A program made the translations under genes and the position numbers. A stretch of 64,000 nucleotides of DNA from Macrostomum lignano (Eukaryota). The notes below the pieces were generated by a model. That model saw only the letters and a list, made by a program, of their open reading frames with translations, did no database searches and had not been told where the DNA came from. The stretch spans positions 1 to 64,000 of the forward strand of contig NIVC01002755.1 in the NCBI GenBank assembly GCA_002269645.1. Reading direction: 5' to 3'. Positions 36,931 through 50,126 of the stretch are shown piece after piece (within the stretch, counting starts at the first letter, position 1; every line of letters begins with the position of its first letter).

Positions 36931-38055
36931 AAGCCCAAATTTAGCAACCTAAAAATATTATTACGAGTACATCATCAATATTGAAATGCCTCTGGACTCA
37001 ACTGGAGGCCTTCAAACTGCATTTATTTCATCTATTTCAAAGATCACTCGACAGGAGAGGTCTGACTTCCCCAGGGGGGGGGGGTTCAAGCTTTGCCTTC
37101 TCCCGCATGGCAACAGCCTAACAACCGGCCTGACAACCAAGCACATCGAATAAGCGCGATGATTTGCCTCCCCCCCAGGGAACTGTTGCCTCAGGATCGC
37201 GACTGAAGAGGCTCCCCACCGATTTTTTCCCACAGCTGATTAGCATAATCTCCCAGCACCCAGTCCGGATGGAGGGAGGCTGAGTGGGTGAGTCACTGAG
37301 AAAACACAGCAGCCCACGTTGATCGGGGCGGACCAGATTCGAATCTCAGGCCCGAAGCAAGCAAAACAATGCGGGAAACTGGGGAGCACAGATTGCCTGA
37401 TTGTTGCTGCCTGTCTGCCTGTCTTTCAGTGCCTCTGGAGGTGGGCAGGGGGGTCTCCGTCCGCCCTAAAGAGCGGCTTAAGGCTAGGATTTCCCGGCAG
37501 CTGTCAGTCTTCCCTATTCGCGGGTTTCAAAGCCAGCACAGCAGCGGTGCCGTGGAATGGGAGAAATTCCCCGCGTCTGAGCACACAGCGCGGACTGAGA
37601 GGCCCCGGGAGGCCGTCTCAAGTTGATCCTCAAACCCCTTCAATTGCGCGAACTGATCCCGCTGAATTCAATCGATTCACTACTGGAATCAGAGCCGGGG
37701 ACCCGGGAGCAAAGCAGATCGGATTTTGAGTCCCCAGCCCAGTGTCAACAACTCAGCACAAAGGACTGATTTTTGTCAGAGATTGGCTTTCCTAATCAGT
37801 GCGTGGGCTGCTGGCTCTGCCGTCCCTCGTCTGCCCTTCCCGCTGCCTCGGCTCGCTCTGCTTTGCTCCACTATCCGGACTCCTTAAAGTTCCACCTGCC
37901 TGTGGGAAAGGGCGTCACTCAGGGCTGCTCAGCTCACCGCCGCCTCTGCTCAATGAGGCTCTTGATTGGGGAAACTTGCACCGGAGAGTTGAGCACTTGG
38001 CAGATTGGGCTTCACCGAGCTGGAGTTGAAAGTCGGTAAAAATCTAAAATCTATG

Positions 38056-38985
38056 GAAGAGGGTGATGGAGAGGGTGATAGGGAGGGTGAGAGAGAGGGT
38101 GAGAGAGGGTGATAGAGAGGGTGATAGGGAGGGTGATATAGAGGGTGATAGAGAGGGTGATAGAGAGGGTGATAGAGAGGGTGATAGAGAGGGTGATAGA
38201 GAGGGTGATAGAGAGGGTGATAGAGAGGGTGACAGAGAGGGTGAGAGAGAGGGTGATACAGAGGGTGAGAGAGGGTGATAGAGAGGGTGAGAGAGAGGGT
38301 GATACAGAGGGTGAGAGAGGGTGATAGAGAGGGTGAGAGAGAGGGTGATGTAGAGGGTGATAGAGAGGGTGATAGTGAGGGTGATAGAGAGGGTGATAGG
38401 GAGGGTGATAGAGAGGGTGAGAGAGAGGGTGAGAGAGAGGGTGAGAGAGGGTGATAGAGAGGGTGAGAGAGAGGGTGATACAGAGGGTGAGAGAGGGTGA
38501 TAGAGAGGGTGAGAGAGAGGGTGATGTAGAGGGTGATAGAGAGGGTGATAGTGAGGGTGATAGAGAGGGTGATAGAGAGGGTGATAGGGAGGGTGATAGA
38601 GAGGGTGATAGAGAGGGTGAGAGAGGGTGATAGAGGTGATAGAGAGGGTGAGAGAGGGTGAGAGAGGGTGATAGAGAGGGCGATAGGGAGGGTGATAGAG
38701 AGGGTGATAGGGAGGGTGATAGAGAGGGTGATAGAGAGGGTGATAGAGAGGGTGAGAAAGGGTGATAGAGAGGGTGATAGAGAGGGTGAGAGAGGGTGAT
38801 AGAGAGGGTGAGAGAGGGTGATAGAGAGGGTGATAGAGAAGGTGATGGAGAGGGTGATAGAGAGGGTGATAGAGAGGGTGAGAGAGGGTGATAGAGAGGG
38901 TGATAGAGAGGGTGATAGAGAGGGTGATAGAGAGGGTGAGAGAGGGTGATAGAGAGGATGATATAGAGGGTGATAGAGAGGGTAA
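38056..38985. repeat. Purine-rich ~12-bp repeat (GAGAGGGTGATA)n
   Basis: Direct inspection. Confidence 0.95.
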
Positions 38986-39599
38986 GACGGCAAGGACAGG
39001 AGAGACCGGATATCCTTAAACAACCTGCAGAGCCCTTTACTCTCCCTAGATGAGGTGAGGTGCACTGGATGCGTTGGAGTGAGACTCAAAGCTAAATGTA
39101 GCAAAAATATGAAAATGAGAGTCTGCGACAGCCAAATTCGCTGATTGCAAAAGCAGATAATGCAACTCATGCTTGCTGTGTATTTGCCAATTTACTTCTA
39201 ATATGCACCCGAACCAGTGCACCCCTACCTGACCCCCTGATTCCAAGACACACGGCAGGCCTGCTTGAACTCTTCTGATTGGCCAGCTCCGGATAGCCAA
39301 CCAGCGGAGCGCCTGGCCAGCAGCCGGCCCCGGGTTTCCTCAAAAACGTCTGGCAAGCGAAATCTGACGAAGCAGAAGACCCGGCCAACGAGCGAGAGAG
39401 CAGGTGAGAACTTGGAGCTCCGCGCCACGGCTGACAGACGAGAGAAAGCGAAGCAGAGCTGTCCTTTTTGGCCTCCATCGCGACTGGCTGGCCCGACTCG
39501 AACCGGAAAATCGGCGAGATTCGATCCCACCGGAGCTCCTGCTGGATCACTCTGGTCAGCGGCGGCAGAGTTTGACACATGACAGGTGAGTGTCGGTCC

Positions 39600-39942
39600 G
39601 TCACCGGGGTGAGACTGTCTGACACCGGGGTGAGAGTGTCTGACACGGGGGTGAGAGTGTCTGATACCGGGGTGAGAGTGTCTGACACCGGGGTGAGAGT
39701 GTCTGATACCGGGGTGAGACTGTCTGACACCGGGGTGAGACTGTCTGACACCGGGGTGAGAGTGTCTGATACCGGGGTGAGAGTGTCTGAGACCGGGGTG
39801 AGAGTGTCCGACACCGGAGTGAGAGTGTCTGATACCGGGGTGAGAGTGTCTGAGACCGGGGTGAGAGTGTCCGACACCGGAGTGAGAGTGTCTGAAACCG
39901 GGCTGAGAGTGTCTGACACCGGGGTGGGAGTGTCTGACACCG
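39600..39942. repeat. 21-bp minisatellite (GTGAGAGTGTCTGACACCGGG)n
   Basis: About 16 copies, directly after a GTGAGT donor-like site at 39587. Confidence 0.93.
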
Positions 39943-41864
39943 GGATATCGTAGGCTGAAACCTGAATACTATAGCCGGACACAGGGGCATCAAATTTGTC
40001 CAGATCTGCCAGGAGACGCAAGCCTTCAACGCATTCAATGCTCCCCAAAGACATCCGCTATCCAAGCGTGCATCTCCAGTCTCCCGATTCAACGAAGCCA
40101 TTCAGTGTTTCACGCGCTTCTTGTGGTGCAAAACTGTAAAGTTTAGTGCCGGCGGCCGCTCCTCCCGAACCTCCCGCCGCCGACTGCAAGCAGCGGAAGT
40201 GGAGCTGGGACCCCGAGCTGTCCCGTCCTTGACTCTTGCGTGTCAGCTGTTGCCAGGGCTGTCCAGCGGGATCAGAGACACTCCTGGGAAGCCTCCCGCC
40301 GTCCATTCTCGGCTGGGAGCGGAACGGGAACCGGCTGCGGGACAAGCGTGAAAAATACCCCCCCCCATTAGTTGTGGCATTTTTGGTGAACTCCCGCGCT
40401 TCTTAAGATTGGAATTTTAGGCAGGCTTACTAGGTTGCCATGGCAGCCGCCTGGTCATCGGCTCCCAGCTTCGCTCCCGCCATCACCAACCGCTGTTCCC
40501 AGCCGCAATCATCCCCCAAAAACCCCGGCCACTTGAGAGCCCCCAACTAATCCTCTGGACCGACCGGGAGGGCTTCAAGGCCAGGGGAAGATGAGGATAA
40601 AGAAGAGGAAGGGCCCGACTGAGCTGAAGTGCCGAGCAGCCCCGCCTGCACCGCAGGGCCGTCTTGAGCAGTGCGGCTGGCAAAGTTGGGTGATGGAGAA
40701 AGAAGAGCGGAAGGAAGCTGGGCGCAGGCAAACTCCAAGGATTTCCACTGGCCGGCTGAATGAGGCTGGCTTCCTTGGGGTTGGGGGAGCAAAGATCGCG
40801 CTAAAGTCCCAGCGCACAGGCTGGCGTGTCAGGTGGCTCAGGTCTCACGGGATCTGGCCTGACGCCCTCCCCTAGTTGTTATCCCTCACTAAATCCCCAT
40901 CACAAAGCAGGAGTTGAAGCCCCCCAAAGTCGGGGTCCGATCAGATTTCCAGCGAGTCGCTTCCTTCTGCGCCCCGTGCAAAAAGTTGCGCAGCTTCTCA
41001 AGCAACTGAGGCTGGCGGCCGCCCCCCTCCAGCATCCTTGATCTTCCTCTTCTCCCCCTCATCAGCGCGGTCGAGCGGAGATCGGGGGAGACGGAGGGAG
41101 GGAGGAGGCACCAGCGCGGCGCTGTCGGCTCGGCCCCGATCGGATTAGCGGCGAGATTAGCGAGCGGGCAGGAAACCGGAGCGGGAGCTGGGGAGGGGAT
41201 GACCGACTGCGGGAGGGGAGATTCTTCCCGCAGCCGGGCAGGGCAGCAGCTTGTCAGAGAGCAGGGCTGAGTCGGTGGCAGGGACGATACGCGCTCGAGA
41301 AAGGCCTTGTGGGACCCCCGCTGCGCAATGCTTATTACTTTGGATTAGCCATGCCGGCCCCCTTGGCTTGTAGGCGGATTTTCCCCCGCAATTTTCCGCT
41401 TTTGTTGAGCAGCAGCAGCGGTGGCGAAAGAATCGCGCCGGGGACGCTGAGTCACTTCTCCTCTGCGCCAGTGGGGAAGTCGGTAAAATAAGGGGAGAAA
41501 TTAGTCGGCCTTGTTTTTGCTCCCCATTCATCCGGCCGGCCTGATTTGGACGCGCCGTGATTGGCGGCTCCAGCTTCCTAATCGGTCTGCGATTCCGAAT
41601 CCCCTTGTTCGTTCAGTGCGCCTCATCAGGCCCGGCCGGCCCCTCCCGCTTTGGCCTTCACAGCGGGACTCCCCTGCCGCAAACTTCCTTGGAACTGATC
41701 CCGGCTCCAAATGCTTGTCCGGGCGTGGGTGCTGAACAGGCCCTGTGTTAGGGCTGCATGGGTGCTGCTCGAGTAATTACTGCTCTTGTTTACCTGCGCT
41801 TCAATTTTTCTGAAGCGATAGAAGCATCACATCTGAGGGATGTCCGTCTTAAAAGTTTCCCACA

Positions 41865-42312
41865 TTCAGAGAGATTTCCCACACCCGAGAGATTTCCCAA
41901 ACCCCAAGATTTCCCACACCCGAGAGATTTCCCACACCCAAGAGATTTCCCACATCTGAGAGATTTCCCACATCTGAGAGATTTCCCACATCTGAGAGAA
42001 TTCCCACACCCGAGAGATTTCCCACATCTGAGAGAATTCCCACACCCGAGAGATTTCCCACATCTGAGAGAATTCCCACACCCGAGAGAATTCCCACATC
42101 TGAGAGATTTCCCACATCTGAGAGAATTCCCACACCCGAGAGATTTCCCACACCCTGAGAATTCCCACACCCTGAGAATTCCCACACCGGAGAGATTTCC
42201 CACACCGGAGAGATTTCCCACACCCTGAGAATTCCCACACCACAAGAGATTTCCCACACCACGAGAGATTTCCGACACCCTGAGAATTCCCACTGATTAG
42301 AATTCCCACCTG
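41865..42312. repeat. 18-bp minisatellite (GAGATTTCCCACATCTGA-like)
   Basis: Direct inspection. Confidence 0.92.
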
Positions 42313-43077
42313 AGAAATCCTGCCGAAGGAATCTTCAGAGAGAATTCGCAGGTGAATCTTCCTTGATGCAGCGAAGGCTCACCGACAATAAGCTTTAGAT
42401 AACGTCAAACAGAGGACTCGCATGCCTTCAGGCCAACCAAACTGTCTGCCGGCTTTGTTAGTCAACAATCACTCAGTATGCCCCCAGCCCCAGCCTCTCT
42501 AAGCTCCATCACCGCCGCCGCCCAGCCTCCCCGCCGCCTGCCCGCATGAATCAGCCGGGCCGGGGGGGGGGCGAAAACGGAATGCGCAAGCAGCGGCACA
42601 AAGGAATTTCCTGGCGCGGGGGCCGCCGTGACAAAAGGGGAAAAATGGGAGTGGAAGACAGAGCTCAGAATGGGTCTGACAGTTTCCCTCTATTGTCCCC
42701 ATTTATTCCTCATCAATCCAGCCTCATCTAAGCGCTCCATCTCTACTCTAGCCGTCCGGGGTGCAGATCCCGCCTAGGGATCCGGCTGGCCACTTCCCCG
42801 CCCCGCCATGCGGACTGGCTGGCCGGCTTGAAGTGGCGTCGCGCCGGGGCGGCGGGCGAGGACTGAAATTCGTGCTGGGCGGGGCGGCTGAGTGCCGCAG
42901 CTCATCAGCTATGCGCGGCTGCCACGGCTGGAGGTGAAGAGAGAAAAGAGGGAGGAGGGGAAGCTCAGCCTCCCGCCTGCCAGCTGCCGCCTGCTCTGTT
43001 GTTACTCTTTGTCCGCTAATTATAATAATCCACACCCGCTATCCCACTGGCTGCCCATGCTTTGCTTATTCCACTGT

Positions 43078-43596
<519 letters not shown>

Positions 43597-44082
43597 TTTT
43601 CAATATCAGCTTTCCTAGAAAAGCGCAGTATTTCCCAAAGCTCGGCCCGGAAACGCAGCTGCAAATCCCCAAAACCGATCCCATTCATAATTAATAATCA
43701 TGCGATCGCATGAAACCCGAGATATGGCAGAGCAATTCACCGCAAGTGGAATATTCTCAACCATGAGAGCCGCTTAGGTGAGAAAGATGGCGACGGAGAG
43801 TCTGGGGCAGATGAGGGGCTGCCCGGCTCAGAGGCTGGCGGAGACGGCAGTGAAATTGCGGCCCATTTTACAGCCGCAGTTTCCTCTGCTTGTCGCTGAA
43901 TTCGACACGGGTCGCTTTTAACAACCGGTTCGCGTGTTTGGCGGCTCACGCAATGGCGTGGGGGGTCTGGGGAGGCGCCGGGACTGCAAAAACGGCACCT
44001 ACTGAGGTGAGCAACTCACTGCATGACGCAGCGGAGTAGCGGGAAACTGAGGCAGTGAGCAGCGGCCCAGCTCGGAATAACA

Positions 44083-45919
44083 ATGGCTGACCTTCCTTCA
44101 CAGACCTGCGCAATAAGGCGGCATTCAGTCAACTCCCGCCTCTGTGAGGCTTGAATAGCGCTAGGCCCAAGGACTTCTAGATCTACCTTCCTAGTGGTCC
44201 TTGGCTAAACTGTGACTTTAAAACTGTTACTGGTGACTCTATGAGCCAAACAGCACACCTGTTCCCGAACACACACACACCTGTGCCCGAATCCACACAC
44301 CTGTTCCCGAACCCACACACCTGTGCCCGAACCCACACACCTGTGCCCGAACCCACACACCTGTGCCCGAACCCACACACCTGTGCCCGAACCCACACAC
44401 CTGTGCCCGAACCCACACACCTGTGCCCGAACCCACACACCTGTGCCCGAACCCACACACCTGTGCCCGAACCCACACACCTGTGCCCGAACCCACACAC
44501 CTGTGCCCGAACCCACACACCTGTGCCCGAACCCACACACCTGTGCCCGAACCCACACACCTGTGCCCGAACCCACACACCTGTGCCCGAACCCACACAC
44601 CCACAGACCACCGCAGCCGCTCAGGAGGCCGCAGCCAGCTCAGGCAGCAGCCGCCGGCTCCCTCCGCATTCGCGGACGCGGCGGCCTTCCTCCAGCGCAT
44701 CGGAGCCGGCGGGTTCGACGACGAGGCCGAAGAGGCGAGGAAGGGAGCGGATCAGCTGGACGATGACGCCGCCGGAGGCTGGAAGCAGCAGCAGCGGCGG
44801 CCGCGACGCCAGCGCCGACCCTCAGAATCGCTGGGCCGCCGACTGCGCAACTTCCTGATGCGGCCGCGGAGACGGCAGTCGGCCTCAGACGCTGCGACGG
44901 CGATGGCTGAGGCGGAGTCGGAAAGCTGCTCAGAGCTGCAGGACTATGTGTACACGCGCTGGGTCTTCCACCGACGCTGGCGCGGCTCCCCGGAGCGTTC
45001 GCTGTCGCATGATCACCTGCGAAGCCCTGCCGCGGCTGCCGCCGACGCTTCCACCGGCGTGGCCACCTCCAGCATCAGCGAAGCCGCGGCTGCGATGCCG
45101 CGAGCTGCCGAGGCGACATCCGCGCTGCCGTCATCGTCAGGTCGACGATTGTCGAGGGCGAACGGCGGCTCGGCGATGACGAAGAGCGCGAGCGCCAGGA
45201 TGGTCCGCTTTCGCTGCCCCTACGACTCGTCCGGCTCCGACCAGGACTCCACCTTGGTGAGGCCTTTGAGAACTCGGGGCCAGCTGGGATAGAGCAGTGG
45301 TACAGCAAAGGTCAAAGCTGTTTGAGGTTGCTTGACAATCATTCTGTTCCCTGCTCTGCATTGCCAGGTGAGTCCCTACCTGACTTCCGCCTTCCCCTGC
45401 CTGCCGCTGCCTCCTGGCGGCTCCGTCTCGAGCGGCTACAGCTCTGACCGGGACACCCCGCCGGAGGCGGCTGCGGCAGTTGCAGCGGCAGCGGCGGCCT
45501 CGCAGCACTGGGTGACCCGCGAGGAGGACATCGACTGCCTGCTGCTGCGACGGCCGCCCAACGCCGCAGCCGCCGACCCCGGCGCTGCCAGCTCCGCCAT
45601 CCAAGTCGGCGACGACGACGACTTCGACCTGGTCGAGCTGGACGTGTCGGCCTTCTTCGCGGCGGCCCCCTTGGCCGGGCCGAGCAGAGCAGCCCGGTGG
45701 ACGGGCGGCAGGAACGGCGAGTACCGGACCCTGCCGCTGCCGCCGCCCCCGCTGCCGCCCCGCTGTCACCGGAACAGCCACCAGAACCTGCCAGACGGCG
45801 CGCAGCGTGGCGGAGCGGCAGTCTACTACGACCCAGTGGCTGACGAAATCGACCGTCTGGTTGGCGAGGTCGTGCGGCTCGGCGGTGCCACCTGGGGCCG
45901 ACAGCAGCGCCTGCCTTGA
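44083..45919 (+). CDS. Orphan low-complexity protein, putative exons 44083-44143, 44607-45256, 45368-45919
   Basis: MADLPSQTCAIRRHSVNSRL + phase-1 GTGAGG donor joins CAG|AC at 44607; long GC-rich open frames (QDYVYTRWVFHRRW, DFDLVELDVSAFF, VYYDPVADEIDRLV); no recognisable domain. Confidence 0.6.
44262..44600. repeat. 20-bp intronic minisatellite (CTGTGCCCGAACCCACACAC)n ending at an acceptor
   Basis: Direct inspection. Confidence 0.95.
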
Positions 45920-46285
45920 CCATCTCGGAGCCTGGCAAAGCTCTTCATCTGCCTGTTCCCAGCCTCATTGCCTCCCCTCATACTACATACTAGTCACACC
46001 CAGCAGCCAAGCGCCCCTGCACCTGAGCACCTGCCGACTTTGACAGTCGATCAACTTTACTAGCAGCTCGCGCACCGCACAAGCAGATCCCGCTATTTCC
46101 ATATTTCGCTTTTCAAAAGTACTGCAAGTAATTTTTTCTGTTGCCACCGCTTTCAAGTGCATAAATGCATCAGCCAACCTGTGCATAGTTTTCTTGGCTT
46201 TGACGGATCTGAGTATGATTGGTATAGCATACTCAACAGCTAGATCGACTTGAGTCCTTTGGCCAAGAACCCATTTTTGCGTCCT

Positions 46286-46535
46286 GTCAGTCAGTCAGTC
46301 AGTCAGTCAGTCAGTCAGTCAGTCAGTCAGTTAGTCAGTCAGTCAGTCAGTCAGTCAGTCAGTCAGTCAGTCAGTCAGTCAGTCAGTCAGTCAGTCAGTC
46401 AGTCAGTCAGTCAGTCAGTCAGTCAGTCAGTCAGTCAGTCAGTCAGTCAGTCAGTCAGTCAGTCAGTCAGTCAGTCAGTCAGTCAGTCAGTCAGTCAGTC
46501 AGTCAGTCAGTCAGTCAGTCAGTCAGTCAGTCAGT
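46286..46535. repeat. (AGTC)n microsatellite
   Basis: Direct inspection. Confidence 0.98.
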
Positions 46536-47526
46536 CGAGCTGTTGCACTTTCTTTTTTTCAAAAGAAATGCTGCATTTCCATTTCGTTGACCTCGCGATA
46601 ATTAGGCGAGGGCGAGAGGGGAACGGAGAGGGGGAGTGGCCGATTGGAGCAGCTCAGCCGGGGAGGGGCATCTGCGTGAGCTGATCAAGCTGAGGTGCTC
46701 ACGCACCGATCTGAGGCTCTTGAACGTCAGTTGCTCCTTTTGCTCTTTCTTTTAAACTGTCCTTCTGCTCCTGCTCAGGGTGCGAGTGCTTTCGCTGAGC
46801 TGCTGCCTTCATTTACCCACTGAAACTCGCTGAGCAGAGCCGAGGCCGGGCCGCTCCCAACTCAGAACAGCGGCTCCCACGGCCAGAGTTTTCGCTAACC
46901 GGCTGACTCACTGCTAAAAAAATTTTTTAAACACAGAAGCAGATGACAGAGGTCATAAACAATGTTTCGCTTTTTTGTATCAAAACTGAATTGAAACGCA
47001 GGCAGCACCGACCGGAGGCAGCACACGGGGAGCCGGAGGGAACGCGCGGCTGCGGAATTCCTAAAAGGGGATTAACCCGGAGTTGCAGCAGGCAGAGGGG
47101 AAGTGAAACAACTTTGCTTTTTATATCGATTTGCAGATCTGCGGGCAATCCCTGGCGCAGAGGGGGGTGGCTGTCCAGATTGCCACGAATTCCTCGCGCA
47201 GAAATCCCCCGTCCAGAGGGAGGATGCTGGCCAAGCTCAATTTATCTCCATCATCGCCGGCCCGGCCAGTCTGGAGGCCGCATGGCTGGCCACTCCCCGC
47301 AGGGGGCTGAGCTCGTTCAACAAGTCACTCAAGCAACTCATTTAGCAAACCCTGTGCGAGTCACCCCGGATAACCCTGGCGGATTCCTCGCCCATGGCCG
47401 AGCAGTGAGCAGCTCCCGCGCATTCCTCGGTGCTGCCATTTTAGTGGAGCTTTTTCTGAAATCAATCACAGACAGCTATAGAGACAAAGCATTTTCTGGT
47501 CTGGGAGGGCGGCTGCTGCCCAGTTA

Positions 47527-48435
47527 GATTGTCTGGGAGGGTGGCTGCTCAATTTGATGGTCTGGGAGGGTGGCTGCTCAATTTGATGGTCTGGGAGGGT
47601 GGCTGCTCAATTTGATGGTCTGGGAGGGTGGCTGCTCAGTTTGATGGTCTGGGAGGGTGGCTGTCCAGTTTGATGGTCTGGGAGGGTGGCTGCTCAGTTT
47701 GAGGATCTGGGAGGGTGGCTGTCCAGTTTGAGGGTGGCTGGTCAATTTGATGGTCTGGGAGGGTGGCTGTCCAGTTTGATGGTCTGGGAGGGTGGCTGCT
47801 CAGTTTGAGGATCTGGGAGGGTGGCTGTCCAGTTTGATGGTCTGGGAGGGTGGCTGTCCAGTTTGATGGTCTGGGAGGGTGGCTGCTCAGTTTGATGGTC
47901 TGGGAGGGTGGCTGTCCAGTTTGATGGTCTGGGAGGGTGGCTGTCCAGTTTGATGGTCTGGGAGGGTGGCTGCTCAGTTTGATGGTCTGGGAGGGTGGCT
48001 GTCCAGTTTGATGGTCTGGGAGGGTGGCTGCTCAGTTTGATGGTCTGGGAGGGTGGCTGTCCAGTTTGATGGTCTGGGAGGGTGGCTGCTCAGTTTGATG
48101 GTCTGGGAGGGAGCATGCTGCTCAGTTTGAGGATCTGGGAGGGTGGCTGTCCAGTTTGAGGGCGGCTGCACAGTTTGAGGATCTGGGAGGGTGGCTGTCC
48201 AGTTTGAGGGCGGCTGCTCAGTTTGAGGATCTGGGAGGGTGGCTGTCCAGTTTGAGGGCGGCTGCACAGTTTGAGGATCTGGGAGGGTGGGCTGTCCAGT
48301 TTGAGGGTCTGGGAGGGTGGCTGCTCAGTTTGATGGTCTGGGAGGGTGGCTGTCCAGTTTGAGGATCTGGGAGGGAGGCTGTCCAGTTTGAGGATCTAGG
48401 AGGGTGGGCTGTCCAGTTTGAGGGTCTGGGAGGGC
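47527..48435. repeat. 29-bp G-rich minisatellite (GATGGTCTGGGAGGGTGGCTGCTCAGTTT-like)
   Basis: Direct inspection. Confidence 0.94.
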
Positions 48436-49264
48436 AACTGTTGAACTGATTAAAGCTACATGTACTCGCATGTACATTTTCTCGCAAAGCCCTCAACCCA
48501 AAGCTAAGCCACATTTTGACGTCCACGTGCAACCTTAACCTGTTCAATACTCATGAATCTGTAAATGTACAGTTTCTCAGCAAACGCACTCAAATTACCT
48601 TAATATAGAAGGCCCGAATTAAAACTGCATGGGCAATATTGAATATCAGCTACTTCTACCTGTAATTAAGCGAGCTTCTTGGCCCAAAAGCAAGCTAAAA
48701 GCATCGCTACGAGCTTCTGTTGGAATCGATCACTGGATGCCAACAGCATGCGGAGCACCCGGGCGCTGAGCTGATGTGCTAATTAAAATACCTGAAGTCC
48801 CAGCCAGGCTACAAATTGGCTACAATCTGAATGCAGCAGTAAAAAGCCTCTTTCCCCTAGTAGCAGAAGAAGCCAAGCCGTATTATGATTGTAGCGAATG
48901 CTTTGAATTGAAAATTCAGCAAAATTGTTACTGAGCCAGAAATGTTACTGTTGCTGAGCGCATTCTTGTGCATAGCTACAGCTCTGTAAGCTCAGCCAGA
49001 CACCTGGGAAAGGTCTGATAAAATTATTTCCTCTTTATTTTTGCACAAACACATTTTCAGAACGGAAAACGCGCAGGTTAAAAAAGACCGCCGGAAAAAA
49101 AAGCGGCCGGTCCGTGCAAAAAAACAAAAATTCAACATGCAAAATACGGATTCGGTGCTCGCTGCTATTCGGGGGCCTGCGAACCGGCCGCGCGCAGATT
49201 ACAGTGCATGGCGGGAGAGCTTGGGGGAGGCTTGAAAGTTGGGTTGCGGAGAGGTCGTGAGGGA

Positions 49265-49795
49265 GGGGTGATTCCCCGTGCGACGGAGGGGTGAGGAAGA
49301 GGGGTGAGGGAGAGGGGTGAGGGAGATGGGTGAGGGAGAGGGGTGAGGGAGAGGTGAGGGAGAGGGGTGAGGGAGAGAGGTGAGGGAGAGGGGTGAGGGA
49401 GATGAGTGAGGGAGAGGGGTGAGGGAGAGGGGTGAGGGAGAGGTGAGGGAGAGAGGTGAGGGAGATGGGTGAGGGAGAGGGGTGAGGGAGAGGGGTGAGG
49501 GAGAGAGGTGAGGGAGAGGGGTGAGGGAGATGGGTGAGGGAGAGGGGTGAGGGAGAGGTGAGGGAGAGAGGTGAGGGAGAGGGGTGAGGGAGAGGGGTGA
49601 GGGAGAGGGGTGAGGGAGAGAGGTGAGGGAGAGGGGTGAGGAAGAGAGGTGAGGGAGAGGGGTGAGGGAGAGGGGTGAGGGAGAGAGGTGAGGGAGAGAG
49701 GTGAGGAAGAGGGGTGAGGAAGAGGGGTGAGGGAGAGGAGTGAGGGAGAGGGGTGAGAGAGAGGGGTGAGAGAGAGGGTTGAGGGGAGAGGGGTT
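49265..49795. repeat. Purine-rich 13-14-bp repeat (GGTGAGGGAGAGG)n
   Basis: Direct inspection. Confidence 0.94.
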
Positions 49796-50126
49796 GCAAG
49801 ATTAGTCAAGATTAGGGAGCCCTAACTAACTTAGGAGGTCAAGAGACACAGGTGAGAGACAGGGAGGCATAGATGAGGCAGAGAAAAAACCTGCCTATCG
49901 CGCATTGAAAACGCAAGAGAACTAAAAGAGAGCAAGAGAGCTCAGCTCAGCTGTCAAGAATGCACAAAGCATTGGGCAGAGCTGAGCAGGCAGAGCAAAA
50001 GCAGACATGTAACGGATAAAACAGTGAAAGAGCCGTATTGAAAAGAATCCGCTCGAATCTAAGCCATAAGTACACAATTTCTTAAACGGCTTGAAGAAGC
50101 CCCACGCCCGGCGCCCTGACCCGCTC

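Noticed and set aside
40360-43060. Protein-coding genes in the GC-rich unique stretches
   Set aside because: Short ORFs with no recognisable motif or consistent splice chain; left unannotated.
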